46,032 nucleotides of DNA, from NCBI GenBank assembly GCA_049437345.1, contig JBMTIN010000001.1, positions 1 through 46,032 of the forward strand. Direction: 5' to 3'. Below the pieces are notes generated by a model. That model saw only the letters and a program-made list of their open reading frames with translations, was not told the DNA's origin and ran no database searches. A program made the position numbers and the translations under genes. The stretch's first letter is position 1. The number at the start of each line of letters is the position of its first letter. The DNA comes from Candidatus Marinamargulisbacteria bacterium. Its GTDB lineage: Bacteria > Margulisbacteria > Marinamargulisbacteria > UBA817. Positions 37,739 through 46,032 of the stretch are shown one piece after another.

Positions 37739-40109
37739 TATTTTTTAGTTTTTGAATAACCGATGAGTATTGATTGCGATGGTCTAATTGTGCCGCTTTA
37801 TTTAAAAACGCATCGGCATCAATCATTTGGTTTTGAAGTATCAATGATTCAGCTAACACCATTAATGAGTGAATGTTATTTGGGGAATGTTGCAAATGTT
37901 TTCGAATAAGTGTTTCCCCTTTTTTGGCATTTTTTTGTTTGTTATGGCACTGAGCCAATAGTCGTAAAATCGTTTGATTCTCGGGGTTAATTGCCAGCCC
38001 CTTATTTAGTAGCTTTTCGGCTTTTTGATACCATTTTTTAGATCGGTACGCACTGGCAAGATTGGCAATAACAAAAGCATTATGGGGGTCTATGGTATGG
38101 GCTTTTTCTAATATTTCAATACAGGGATCAAATTGATGCAATCGTCGGTGCATATCGCCTATGCGTGCCATGACGGTGGTATCGTCGGGTACCATGGTCA
38201 AGTATTGATAGTATAACGTGAGAGCATTTTCAATATATCCGAGTTGGTTTTGAATTTCGGCGTACTGTCGTAAATAATCTGTATTTCGTGGTTCATTTAA
38301 TAGTTTTTCTTCAAGGTCATTTTCAATCGAACCCAATTGTTGTTCCGTTTCAGTTTGAAGAGTTGTTTGAAATGTATTTGAAAAGGCGGGGGGATTGGGC
38401 GGCTCATTATCTGATATCGGAGTGGGGGGTGGCTGGTTGTCCATTAGTTCACGAACAACGCCCACATTTTTTTGATTATTTTTTTGGATGTTGTCGACAC
38501 GGGTTTCCAACTGAGTGCGTAATGATTCGTATGAACCGGTTAAAGCACGAAAATCATTTCGGTTAATTTTTAAAAGATCCACCGGGGTAACGCATCGAAC
38601 TGATGCTGATCGCGGTGCTTTTTGCATTAATCCCATTTCACCAAACGAATCTCCGGCATTTAATACGGCTAAAAGGGTTTCAGTGGTGTCAGGGTTTTCC
38701 TTAATTATTTCAACGTGACCGGATTCAATAATATAGAAATAATCCGCAATATCCCCTTCTCGAAAGACATAGGCCCCTTTTTGATAATGAGATCGATCCA
38801 CTTTTTCCGTTCGATAAACATCCAATTGAGTAATATCAATAGGGAAAAAGGCATGAATAATCCAATCAAATAAGACGCGAAATTTACAGTAAATACCAGG
38901 TAATTTGACCCAATAAATAGCTCGCCACATAAAAAATGCGATGACACCACTAAATCGAATTCCCATAACCTCAGCAATGCCGCATAGGTGACCAATCACG
39001 GCCATTTGTCCCAATGCTTTGAATGAAAAGGGGATTAAGGGCTTATTGACAATGCAATGATGAATATTTTTGGCTAATACGGGGGCCATTCGAACCGCAA
39101 ATTGGGCTGTAGGTGGGCACTGTGCATGTGGGTTATGCTTGATTTCTTTTAAGTTGGGGGTGCAGGCACAATCGCCAATGGCCCATACATTGGGAATATG
39201 CTTTAAAATAGTACCACTTGAGGATCGTTGAACAACCCTAAAAAAAGCATCGGTATCCAGTCGACCGCGGTCATTAATAAAATCAAGATGAGTTAAGACC
39301 TTGTGTGGTGAATTGCCTGTGGTACAAACCACGGTGTTTGTTTCAATAATGTCGCCAGTAGATAACTGAACATGAGTTGCGGATATTTCTTGAACTCGGG
39401 TATTTAATAATAGTGTCATGCCGCGTGCGCGTAATTTTTTTTGCGCAAAAATAGCCACTTTTTCTCCCAATTCTTTCAGTATACGATCACCGGAATGAAT
39501 CAATGTTAACTGGATATCAGACTTTGAAATGGTGGGGTAATTTTTGACGGCAGCTTTAATCATGTCGCCCACTTCGCCCATGGTTTCAACCCCGCTAAAT
39601 CCCCCGCCAATAAATACAAAAGATAACAGCGATTGTTTTTTTTGAGCATCGGTTTCTGCGGCAGCCATTTCAAGTTTATTAATAATTTCATTGCGTAAAA
39701 ATATAGCATCACCCAGTGTTCGCATAGGCAGGGAGTGTTCCGTCATTCCTGGTACACGTGACATATCTGTGGCCAACCCCATAGCAATCACCATATGATC
39801 AAAGGAAATCCATTGTTGACGAGTAATATCATTTTCAACAATTTTGACTTTCTTTTCTGTGAGATCAATTTGATCAACACGTGCACGATAAAAGGTGACA
39901 TTTTTACATAGGCGCCGGATGGGATTAATAATATGAGAGGCTTCAATACTTCCCGCGGCTACTCCCGGCAACATGGGTTGAAACATGACATAATTATTAT
40001 CGCTAATCATGGTAACTTTAATGTTGTTTTTTTTTGTGATCAACCGTTGTAGTTGTTGGGCAACCCCCACACCGGCAAAGCCACCACCAAGAATTAATAT
40101 ATGTGTCAT
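37695..40109 (-). CDS. Type II NADH dehydrogenase (NDH-2)-like flavoprotein fused to a cyclic-nucleotide-binding domain and C-terminal TPR repeats
   Basis: Residues 1-430 match NDH-2 (ILILGGGFAGVGVA, FVFIGGGFSGVE, VWAIGDCA, and a C-terminal amphipathic/membrane segment). Residues ~432-525 are a cNMP-binding fold (FREGDIADYFYIIESGHVEI...GDSFGEMGLM...PRSASVRC). A Pro-rich linker follows, then TPR repeats at ~608-775. Confidence 0.8.
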   Translation of the reverse strand: MTHILILGGGFAGVGVAQQLQRLITKKNNIKVTMISDNNYVMFQPMLPGVAAGSIEASHIINPIRRLCKNVTFYRARVDQIDLTEKKVKIVENDITRQQWISFDHMVIAMGLATDMSRVPGMTEHSLPMRTLGDAIFLRNEIINKLEMAAAETDAQKKQSLLSFVFIGGGFSGVETMGEVGDMIKAAVKNYPTISKSDIQLTLIHSGDRILKELGEKVAIFAQKKLRARGMTLLLNTRVQEISATHVQLSTGDIIETNTVVCTTGNSPHKVLTHLDFINDRGRLDTDAFFRVVQRSSSGTILKHIPNVWAIGDCACTPNLKEIKHNPHAQCPPTAQFAVRMAPVLAKNIHHCIVNKPLIPFSFKALGQMAVIGHLCGIAEVMGIRFSGVIAFFMWRAIYWVKLPGIYCKFRVLFDWIIHAFFPIDITQLDVYRTEKVDRSHYQKGAYVFREGDIADYFYIIESGHVEIIKENPDTTETLLAVLNAGDSFGEMGLMQKAPRSASVRCVTPVDLLKINRNDFRALTGSYESLRTQLETRVDNIQKNNQKNVGVVRELMDNQPPPTPISDNEPPNPPAFSNTFQTTLQTETEQQLGSIENDLEEKLLNEPRNTDYLRQYAEIQNQLGYIENALTLYYQYLTMVPDDTTVMARIGDMHRRLHQFDPCIEILEKAHTIDPHNAFVIANLASAYRSKKWYQKAEKLLNKGLAINPENQTILRLLAQCHNKQKNAKKGETLIRKHLQHSPNNIHSLMVLAESLILQNQMIDADAFLNKAAQLDHRNQYSSVIQKLKNIIQRHYQQHLIVRQ

Positions 40110-40160
40110 ATTGTTGGTGTTATCGATGAAAATAAAGCGTGGCTTTAGAGTATATGAGGT

Positions 40161-41495
40161 TTATTTTGAACGAACTCGACACCCGTTGATGGTGTCTTCA
40201 ACTAAAAAGCCGTCCGCCTCAATTTGGCGACGTAAATCATCGGCGGTAGTATAATTTTTATTTTTTTTAGCCGCCCATCGTTGATCCGCCAATTGTAAAA
40301 TATGATCTGGAATTGACGAGGAATGATGATTAAATAAGCCAATGGCACGGCCCAGTTTATAAAGTAATTGAGTGCCACATTGATGGGCATGAATGAGCCC
40401 ATGAAGTTCAAATAAATGAGCCAATGCTTCGGAAATATTTAAGTCGTTATATAAGGCCCCCCAAAAGTTCGTTTCAATGGCGTTAAATAGGTCTTTTTTT
40501 TCTTTGGGAATGGGCGCATCGGGAACAATATCAATAATGGAGGTTAATCGCTGGTACGCGGTCTGGGCATCGTTGAGTGTGTCGGTTGAATAACTTAGGG
40601 GCGCACGGTAATGGGTACGTAACAAGAAGAAACGAACAACATCGGGTGAATAATCTTTGAGTACATCACGAAGTTTAAAAAAGTTTTTGAGTGATTTTGA
40701 CATTTTTTGATTATCAATGGTTACAAACCCATTATGAATCCACATCGAAACAAAGGGTGAATGGTAGGCGCAGTTGGCTTGAGCCAGTTCATTTTCATGG
40801 TGAGGAAACTGCAGGTCGGCCCCCCCGCCGTGAATATCAATATGATCACCCATTAGTGAGTGGATCATAGCCACACATTCAGTATGCCAACCCGGTCGTC
40901 CAGGGCCCCACGGGGATTCCCAAAAAGGCTCACCTTTGTTCGAGGGTTTCCATAGTACAAAATCCAGGGAGGATGCTTTGGCTTCTTCAATCGCCACACG
41001 GGAACCACTTTGTAACTCATCAATATTTTTTTTTGATAATGCACCGTAACTTTCACAAGCAGATACACGAAAATACACATGATGATTGGCAACGTAAGCG
41101 GCATCTTTTTTGATTAATGTTTCAATTAGCCGGATCATTTGAGGAATATGGTCGGTGGCTTTGGGATAATGGGTGGCGGGAAGAATATTTAAGGCCGTCA
41201 TGTCTTCAAAATAAGCGTCAATAAATCGGCGGGTTAAGTCGTCAATTGATTCGTTATTTTGACGTGCCCGATCAATGATTTTGTCATCAATATCAGTAAA
41301 ATTTTGAACATGGTTAACGGTGTATCCAGCGTGAGTCAGGACTCGTTTTAAAAGATCAAAGGCCACGTAGGCACGCGCATGGCCAATATGACAATGATCG
41401 TAAACAGTGACACCGCATACATACATCGATACATTGGGTGGCTGGATGGGTGAAAAGGGTTCGATGGTTCGGGTTCGGGTATTATACAATTTCAT
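40161..41495 (-). CDS. cysS: Cysteine--tRNA ligase
   Basis: HIGHAR (HIGH) and KMSKS motifs are present, with a Zn-binding Cys context (MYVCGVTVYD). Confidence 0.95.
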   Translation of the reverse strand: MKLYNTRTRTIEPFSPIQPPNVSMYVCGVTVYDHCHIGHARAYVAFDLLKRVLTHAGYTVNHVQNFTDIDDKIIDRARQNNESIDDLTRRFIDAYFEDMTALNILPATHYPKATDHIPQMIRLIETLIKKDAAYVANHHVYFRVSACESYGALSKKNIDELQSGSRVAIEEAKASSLDFVLWKPSNKGEPFWESPWGPGRPGWHTECVAMIHSLMGDHIDIHGGGADLQFPHHENELAQANCAYHSPFVSMWIHNGFVTIDNQKMSKSLKNFFKLRDVLKDYSPDVVRFFLLRTHYRAPLSYSTDTLNDAQTAYQRLTSIIDIVPDAPIPKEKKDLFNAIETNFWGALYNDLNISEALAHLFELHGLIHAHQCGTQLLYKLGRAIGLFNHHSSSIPDHILQLADQRWAAKKNKNYTTADDLRRQIEADGFLVEDTINGCRVRSK

Positions 41496-42286
41496 TTGAT
41501 TTCATATCCATGATCATTGGTTGGAAATTGCTGGGTTTCCACGTCGGTTTTGAATTGAGACAGTGCCTTTGAGATCATATCGGCTCCGTCCAGATAGTTT
41601 TTTATAAATTTGGGTGAAAAGTTGGGGGTGAGCCCCAAAATATCGTTGGTCACTAGAATTTGACCGGAACAGTGAGGGCCCGCACCAATGCCAATGGTTG
41701 GGCAATTAACGGCGTTGGTAATGGTTTTTGACACCGAGATAGGTACTTTTTCAAGCACAATGCCACAGGCCCCAATGTCGGACAGTTGGGTGGCCAATTC
41801 AATGAGAGACTTTTGCTCGCGGACGGATTGACCGGTGAGGCGATACCCGCCGGATTCATGGATATATTGAGGCTGTAAGCCAATGTGTCCCATCACCGGG
41901 ATGCCTTCTTGAATTAATCGCTGAATGGTCGGGATATGAATTGAGCGAGATTCACATTTAACGGCACTGGCTCCGGCTTGAATTAATTGGGTGGCATTTT
42001 GAAGCGTATTTTCAATTGAAATACCATAAGTCATGAAGGGCATGTCAGCAATAACCAGTGTTTTTTTTGTGCCATTACAGACCGCTCGGGTATGATACAC
42101 CATATCATTTAAGGACATGGTGACCGTGGTCGTATCGCCATAAAATGTGTGGCGCAAGGAATCGCCTACTAGGATGCCATCAATATGGCTATGTTCGATT
42201 AGTCGAGCCATCGTGGCATCATAGGCTGTTAGTAGGGCGATGGGAGTGCACGTGTCCATTTTTTTCTGCCATTGTTGAAACGTCAC
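41492..42286 (-). CDS. panB: 3-methyl-2-oxobutanoate hydroxymethyltransferase
   Basis: It shows the PanB pattern LTAYD....A.L.......D.ILVGDSL, IADMPFMTY, VKCE and GHIGLQPQ. Confidence 0.88.
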   Translation of the reverse strand: MTFQQWQKKMDTCTPIALLTAYDATMARLIEHSHIDGILVGDSLRHTFYGDTTTVTMSLNDMVYHTRAVCNGTKKTLVIADMPFMTYGISIENTLQNATQLIQAGASAVKCESRSIHIPTIQRLIQEGIPVMGHIGLQPQYIHESGGYRLTGQSVREQKSLIELATQLSDIGACGIVLEKVPISVSKTITNAVNCPTIGIGAGPHCSGQILVTNDILGLTPNFSPKFIKNYLDGADMISKALSQFKTDVETQQFPTNDHGYEIK

Positions 42287-43047
42287 GATGTTGATTCCTT
42301 ATAAAGGCTGAATAAACGGGTTTCTAAGGCTTCGCGATTTAAAAACCGGGTTAAGTTTCCGTTTTCTGCAATTGAAATGGTGCCGGTTTCTTCGGATACA
42401 ACAATCACCATGGCGTCGGTTTCTTCACTAATACCAATGGCCGACATATGGCGAGTTCCCAGTCGTTTGTCGGATACTTTTGCGTTGGTTAGGGGCAATA
42501 AACACCCCGCTGTTAGGATTTCATTTCCTCGAATAATAATGGCCCCATCGTGTGTGGGGGATCCTGGCCAAAAAAGAGAACAGACCAGTTCAGATGTTAA
42601 ATTGGCATGAATGGCAATTCCCGATTCGGTGTATTCATCCAGGGGAGAATTTTGCTCAAGAACAATAAGCGCCCCGATGTTATTTTTAGATAAAAACTCA
42701 ACACTTTGTAAAATACGTTTAATTAACAGGGGTTGTTTATTTTTTTTTGTTTGAGCTGAAAAAAATAGCTTTCCACGTCGAATTTTTTCAGATGATCGTC
42801 GAATTTCATTTTGAAAGATAATCATAATAAATACAACGAAGATAATAAAAAACTGTTCAATGAATTGTGAGAATAACGATAAACCAACCATTTTACTAAT
42901 GGAATAACTGATAATAAATACCATTAAAATTGGGGATATGTTTTGAATTTGAGCTCGTTTGAGAACACTAAAAAAAAGATACAAAAGCAATATAATAAAA
43001 CCGATATCAATAATATTTAAAAATGTGAACGCCTGGCTAGGTATCAT
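42283..43047 (-). CDS. cdaA: Diadenylate cyclase CdaA (c-di-AMP synthase)
   Basis: Three N-terminal TM helices are followed by a DAC domain: GALIVLE, THDGAIIIRGN, LGTRHMSAIGISEETDAMVIVVSEETGTISI. Confidence 0.88.
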   Translation of the reverse strand: MIPSQAFTFLNIIDIGFIILLLYLFFSVLKRAQIQNISPILMVFIISYSISKMVGLSLFSQFIEQFFIIFVVFIMIIFQNEIRRSSEKIRRGKLFFSAQTKKNKQPLLIKRILQSVEFLSKNNIGALIVLEQNSPLDEYTESGIAIHANLTSELVCSLFWPGSPTHDGAIIIRGNEILTAGCLLPLTNAKVSDKRLGTRHMSAIGISEETDAMVIVVSEETGTISIAENGNLTRFLNREALETRLFSLYKESTS

Positions 43048-44336
43048 GGGATGTCGTATTGAATAATATCCGAATAGGTTTCTCGCTTGACCAATAATCG
43101 TGGAGTGCCATCATTGACCAATACCATGGCCGGTTTACAAAATCGATTGTAATTTGATGCCATGGAATAATTATAAGCACCGGTGCCATACACCACGATA
43201 GTATCATTTGGCTGAACAGTGGGTAATGATACTGAGTGCGCCAAGATATCGCCGGATTCACAAAATTTTCCGGCAATTTTATATTCGGTGCGTTGATCAG
43301 TGGTAGGGGATACGACATCGAAGGTATGATCTGACTGATACATCATTGGGCGTGGGTTATCCGCCATGCCCCCATCAACAAATAAATAATGAGGCCCATT
43401 GGTAATGGGCTTGGTCGCACCCACTGAATAGAGCGTGACGCCAGCATTTGCAATAATGGATCGCCCGGGTTCAAAAATTAACTTGGGGCTTAATAGCGCG
43501 TTTTTTTCGCAATGGGATGCCAGATCTGTGGCCATTTTTGAAATAATATCGGGCACATTCGGGGCATTATCCGTATCCAGGTATTGAATCCCAAATCCGC
43601 CACCACAATTGAGCTCTAAGGTGTCCAATTGAGTGGCCGTTTTAATCGTCATCATGAACTTAACCAAGATAGTCATTAGGTCGTGATACGGCTGGGTATC
43701 AAATATTTGAGAACCAATATGGGCATGAATTCCAATAAAGCTCCCCCAATTTCCATTGGATACACGTTCAATTAGCGGTAATACATCGTCAAGAGGTAAT
43801 CCGAATTTTGAATCAATATGACCGGTTTTAATATACTCATGGGTATGGGCTTCGATACCGGGCTTGATTCGAAACATAATATGGGCCGTCCGGTTATGTT
43901 GTGTCGCGATTGATTCAATTAAGGTTAGCTCAAAGGGGTTGTCCACGACAATACGAACGTTATGGCGAATGGCCAGTTCAAGTTCTTCGGCGGATTTATT
44001 ATTGCCATGAAAATAAATTTTATCTTTGGAAATGTGACTATTTAGTACGGTGAATAATTCTCCTCCAGAGACGACATCCGCACCTAGGTTTTCCGATGCA
44101 ATGATATTTGATATTCCAATATTTAAGCCCGCTTTTGATGCATACGCAATGGTAAAATCCGGGTAATTTTTCGTCAGTGTTTTGGTAAATAATTGGCAAT
44201 TGTGGCGAATGGTGGCCTCATCTAATACATATAAGGGGGTGCCATACTCGTTGGCAAGATCGTTTAGAGAACACCCCCCAATAAGAATGTCAGTCGCATT
44301 TTTCTGTGTTGTAATTGGGCGAACGTGAACTGTCAT
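43044..44336 (-). CDS. lysA: Diaminopimelate decarboxylase
   Basis: A fold-III PLP decarboxylase with GTPLYVLD, the AYASKAG PLP-Lys context, [17 protein letters not shown] and CESGD. Confidence 0.85.
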   Translation of the reverse strand: MTVHVRPITTQKNATDILIGGCSLNDLANEYGTPLYVLDEATIRHNCQLFTKTLTKNYPDFTIAYASKAGLNIGISNIIASENLGADVVSGGELFTVLNSHISKDKIYFHGNNKSAEELELAIRHNVRIVVDNPFELTLIESIATQHNRTAHIMFRIKPGIEAHTHEYIKTGHIDSKFGLPLDDVLPLIERVSNGNWGSFIGIHAHIGSQIFDTQPYHDLMTILVKFMMTIKTATQLDTLELNCGGGFGIQYLDTDNAPNVPDIISKMATDLASHCEKNALLSPKLIFEPGRSIIANAGVTLYSVGATKPITNGPHYLFVDGGMADNPRPMMYQSDHTFDVVSPTTDQRTEYKIAGKFCESGDILAHSVSLPTVQPNDTIVVYGTGAYNYSMASNYNRFCKPAMVLVNDGTPRLLVKRETYSDIIQYDIP

Positions 44337-44695
44337 GGGGTATTTTTTAGGTCAATGAGTTTGGGAACTAAGTGCTCATTCGCATCGATCATGGCATAGC
44401 TAAGAATGAATAGGTCATCTCCCACTTCACCCAAACGAGCCGCCGGACCATTTAAACCAATGGTATTGGACCCCGAGGGGCCTGTAATAACATAGGTCTC
44501 AAGTCGCTCACCATTGTTTAGGTTCACCACTTGAACGCGTTCATTTTCACGAATGTCCGCGGCAATCATAATGGTTTCATCAATAGTAATGGAGCCCACA
44601 TAATACAATTCGGTATGCGTGATTTTAGCATACGATATTTTAGATTTTAGAACAGTAATATAGCTCATGGTGCCATTATAGCGAGTATTAAACAT
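44333..44695 (-). CDS. panD: Aspartate 1-decarboxylase
   Basis: It has LKSKI..AKIT, the self-processing site YVGS-ITID, and NGPAARL. The true start is probably the internal Met at 44668 ([11 protein letters not shown]). Confidence 0.88.
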   Translation of the reverse strand: MFNTRYNGTMSYITVLKSKISYAKITHTELYYVGSITIDETIMIAADIRENERVQVVNLNNGERLETYVITGPSGSNTIGLNGPAARLGEVGDDLFILSYAMIDANEHLVPKLIDLKNTP

Positions 44696-44764
44696 AACCT
44701 CAATTAAGTTACTGAAAAAACAGAACGAATTGAATTTAATCTATTTTTTTGTTATTCTTTATGA

Positions 44765-45499
44765 GTGGTAAGAAAGATTGTTTTGTTGCTATTTCTTGCA
44801 TTGGTGGGGTGCGGCGAACTCCTTTTTGATAGTTCGAAAGACCCCGCGGGTATGACCGCTCAAATGGTTGTAACAACAACGGTTAACAACAGTGATTCAC
44901 CAACACACAACATGGTATTAACATTTTTATCGGATGATGGTGCCACAAATATTGAAAAGGTAACGGTAGATAATGATGAATTGTCGTATGATTCAAATAA
45001 AAGTCATTACTTTCATAATTTTTCAAGCGCACCCAGGGAAAATCAAATAATTACCGTGGTATGTGAATTTTCGAAGGGGGTGATCGACAGTTCGGAACAA
45101 ACATTGAGTGGCACAACGTTGACCATTCAACAAATGCCCTCATTTCAATTAAAAGTAGCGGATACTGTGTCTGAATTAGAAAATGTTGAATCACAAGAGA
45201 TGGTTGATGGTATTTCCTCGTCTCAAGTGATCATGATTAATTTGGGCAATTACAAAGGATATACCGTGAAAGGGGTTGCTACCTTAGTGGGGGATAATGG
45301 CCAAGAAGATACGGCTGATATTGGGGATGGCTGGTATATTCCATCTACTTTTTTAAAGGGGAATGCCAGTGGGTTTCCGCCGAACCAGATTATTTTAGAC
45401 GTGGTATTTTCGTATGACGGTACACTGGACGATGCCTTTGGGGACGGGTACATTCGTCGAGAAATTCGCATTAAAAAGTCGATAAATATAACACAATGA
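44765..45499 (+). CDS. Hypothetical lipoprotein
   Basis: 244 aa with a GTG start. A lipobox-like LLFLALVGCG follows a basic N-terminus. There are no other motifs. Confidence 0.55.
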   Translation: MVRKIVLLLFLALVGCGELLFDSSKDPAGMTAQMVVTTTVNNSDSPTHNMVLTFLSDDGATNIEKVTVDNDELSYDSNKSHYFHNFSSAPRENQIITVVCEFSKGVIDSSEQTLSGTTLTIQQMPSFQLKVADTVSELENVESQEMVDGISSSQVIMINLGNYKGYTVKGVATLVGDNGQEDTADIGDGWYIPSTFLKGNASGFPPNQIILDVVFSYDGTLDDAFGDGYIRREIRIKKSINITQ

Positions 45500-45513
45500 T
45501 TGGACAAATTACT

Positions 45514-46032
45514 ATGATAAGACACATTATTTTTATTTTTCTGTTGGTGATCGCATCGCCTCTATTTTCTCAGTTGGGGGCATCGTCTCCTATTGCGACT
45601 GAAACCATTACCATATTAAACGATTCACCGTCGTCAAAGGTGTACTTAAATGGTGTGTTAATTGGTGTTGGAAACATAAACCGTCATCCCGTGGATCCCG
45701 GCGCCTATGTTATTACGGTCAAGTTGGATGGTGACGTGCGGTATACGTCGTCGATAACCGTGGCCGTGGGCGAAAATGCATTGGTCAATACCAATCATTT
45801 TGTGGATATTAATAAAAATTCTAAAATTTCAGATTATGGGGCCAAGCAACTGGAGGAACAGCGATTAAAGAAGTCCACCCGTGGAAATATTGGTATTGGC
45901 GGGCAGTTTAATACACGGGCATCGGGCATCAGTATTCGTTTTCAACCAATAGAACGTTTCGGGGTTCAGGCCATTGGCTGGGCTGGAAAAGGCAAGGATG
46001 ACACACATCATAATATTCACGGGCGTGTTTAT
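45514..46032 (+). CDS. Secreted PEGA-domain-like protein (partial, runs off the window end)
   Basis: I translated this open frame by hand from ATG 45514 and found no stop in 173 codons. It has a signal peptide (MIRHIIFIFLLVIASPLFSQ) and a PEGA-like segment (VYLNGVLIGVGNINRHPVDPGAYVITVKLDG). It is not in the supplied ORF track because it is truncated. Confidence 0.55.
   Translation, partial: MIRHIIFIFLLVIASPLFSQLGASSPIATETITILNDSPSSKVYLNGVLIGVGNINRHPVDPGAYVITVKLDGDVRYTSSITVAVGENALVNTNHFVDINKNSKISDYGAKQLEEQRLKKSTRGNIGIGGQFNTRASGISIRFQPIERFGVQAIGWAGKGKDDTHHNIHGRVY

Overview
This is a densely packed chromosomal window from a moderately AT-rich bacterium (base composition judged by eye, not computed). 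About 55 protein genes are mostly housekeeping, and many stop/start overlaps indicate long operons. I did not assign the lineage.

RNA genes:
- Five tRNAs, all with encoded CCA: Ser-GGA, two CAT-anticodon tRNAs, Lys-TTT and Ala-GGC.
- A tmRNA (ssrA).
- A type-A RNase P RNA.

Main gene blocks:
- An LtaS/sulfatase-like membrane enzyme.
- A Fic gene wedged against the 3' end of ssrA.
- A UPF0182-FmdB-LbH nucleotidyltransferase operon.
- A long minus-strand cluster: LptA-like, TrxR-like, purQ, PurS-like, GT2, TPR, LptC-like, pseudouridine synthase.
- yqeK-LCP-rsfS.
- dnaG-rpoD.
- ychF-DUF368-cmoA running straight into a complete F1Fo ATP synthase operon.
- rpmF-plsX-fabHDG-acpP-fabF-rnhB-yraN.
- An NDH-2/cNMP/TPR fusion protein.
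- panD-lysA-cdaA-panB-cysS.

No CRISPR array, transposase or integrase is visible.

Most unusual observation: the F-type ATP synthase operon encodes a 234-aa c subunit made of three fused hairpins (six TM helices). Its middle hairpin has lost the ion-binding carboxylate. An ordinary 83-aa c subunit with a Na+-type two-carboxylate signature follows directly. This implies a heteromeric F/V-like hybrid rotor ring.

Other points worth a second look:
- A 1.3-kb integrase-less Fic mini-island bounded by a duplicated tmRNA 3' end, with a dense palindromic operator array.
- A thioredoxin-reductase-like flavoprotein that lacks the canonical CxxC and has a CxxxC in a GR-like position.
- The NDH-2-cNMP-TPR fusion.
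- A possible tandem PurS.
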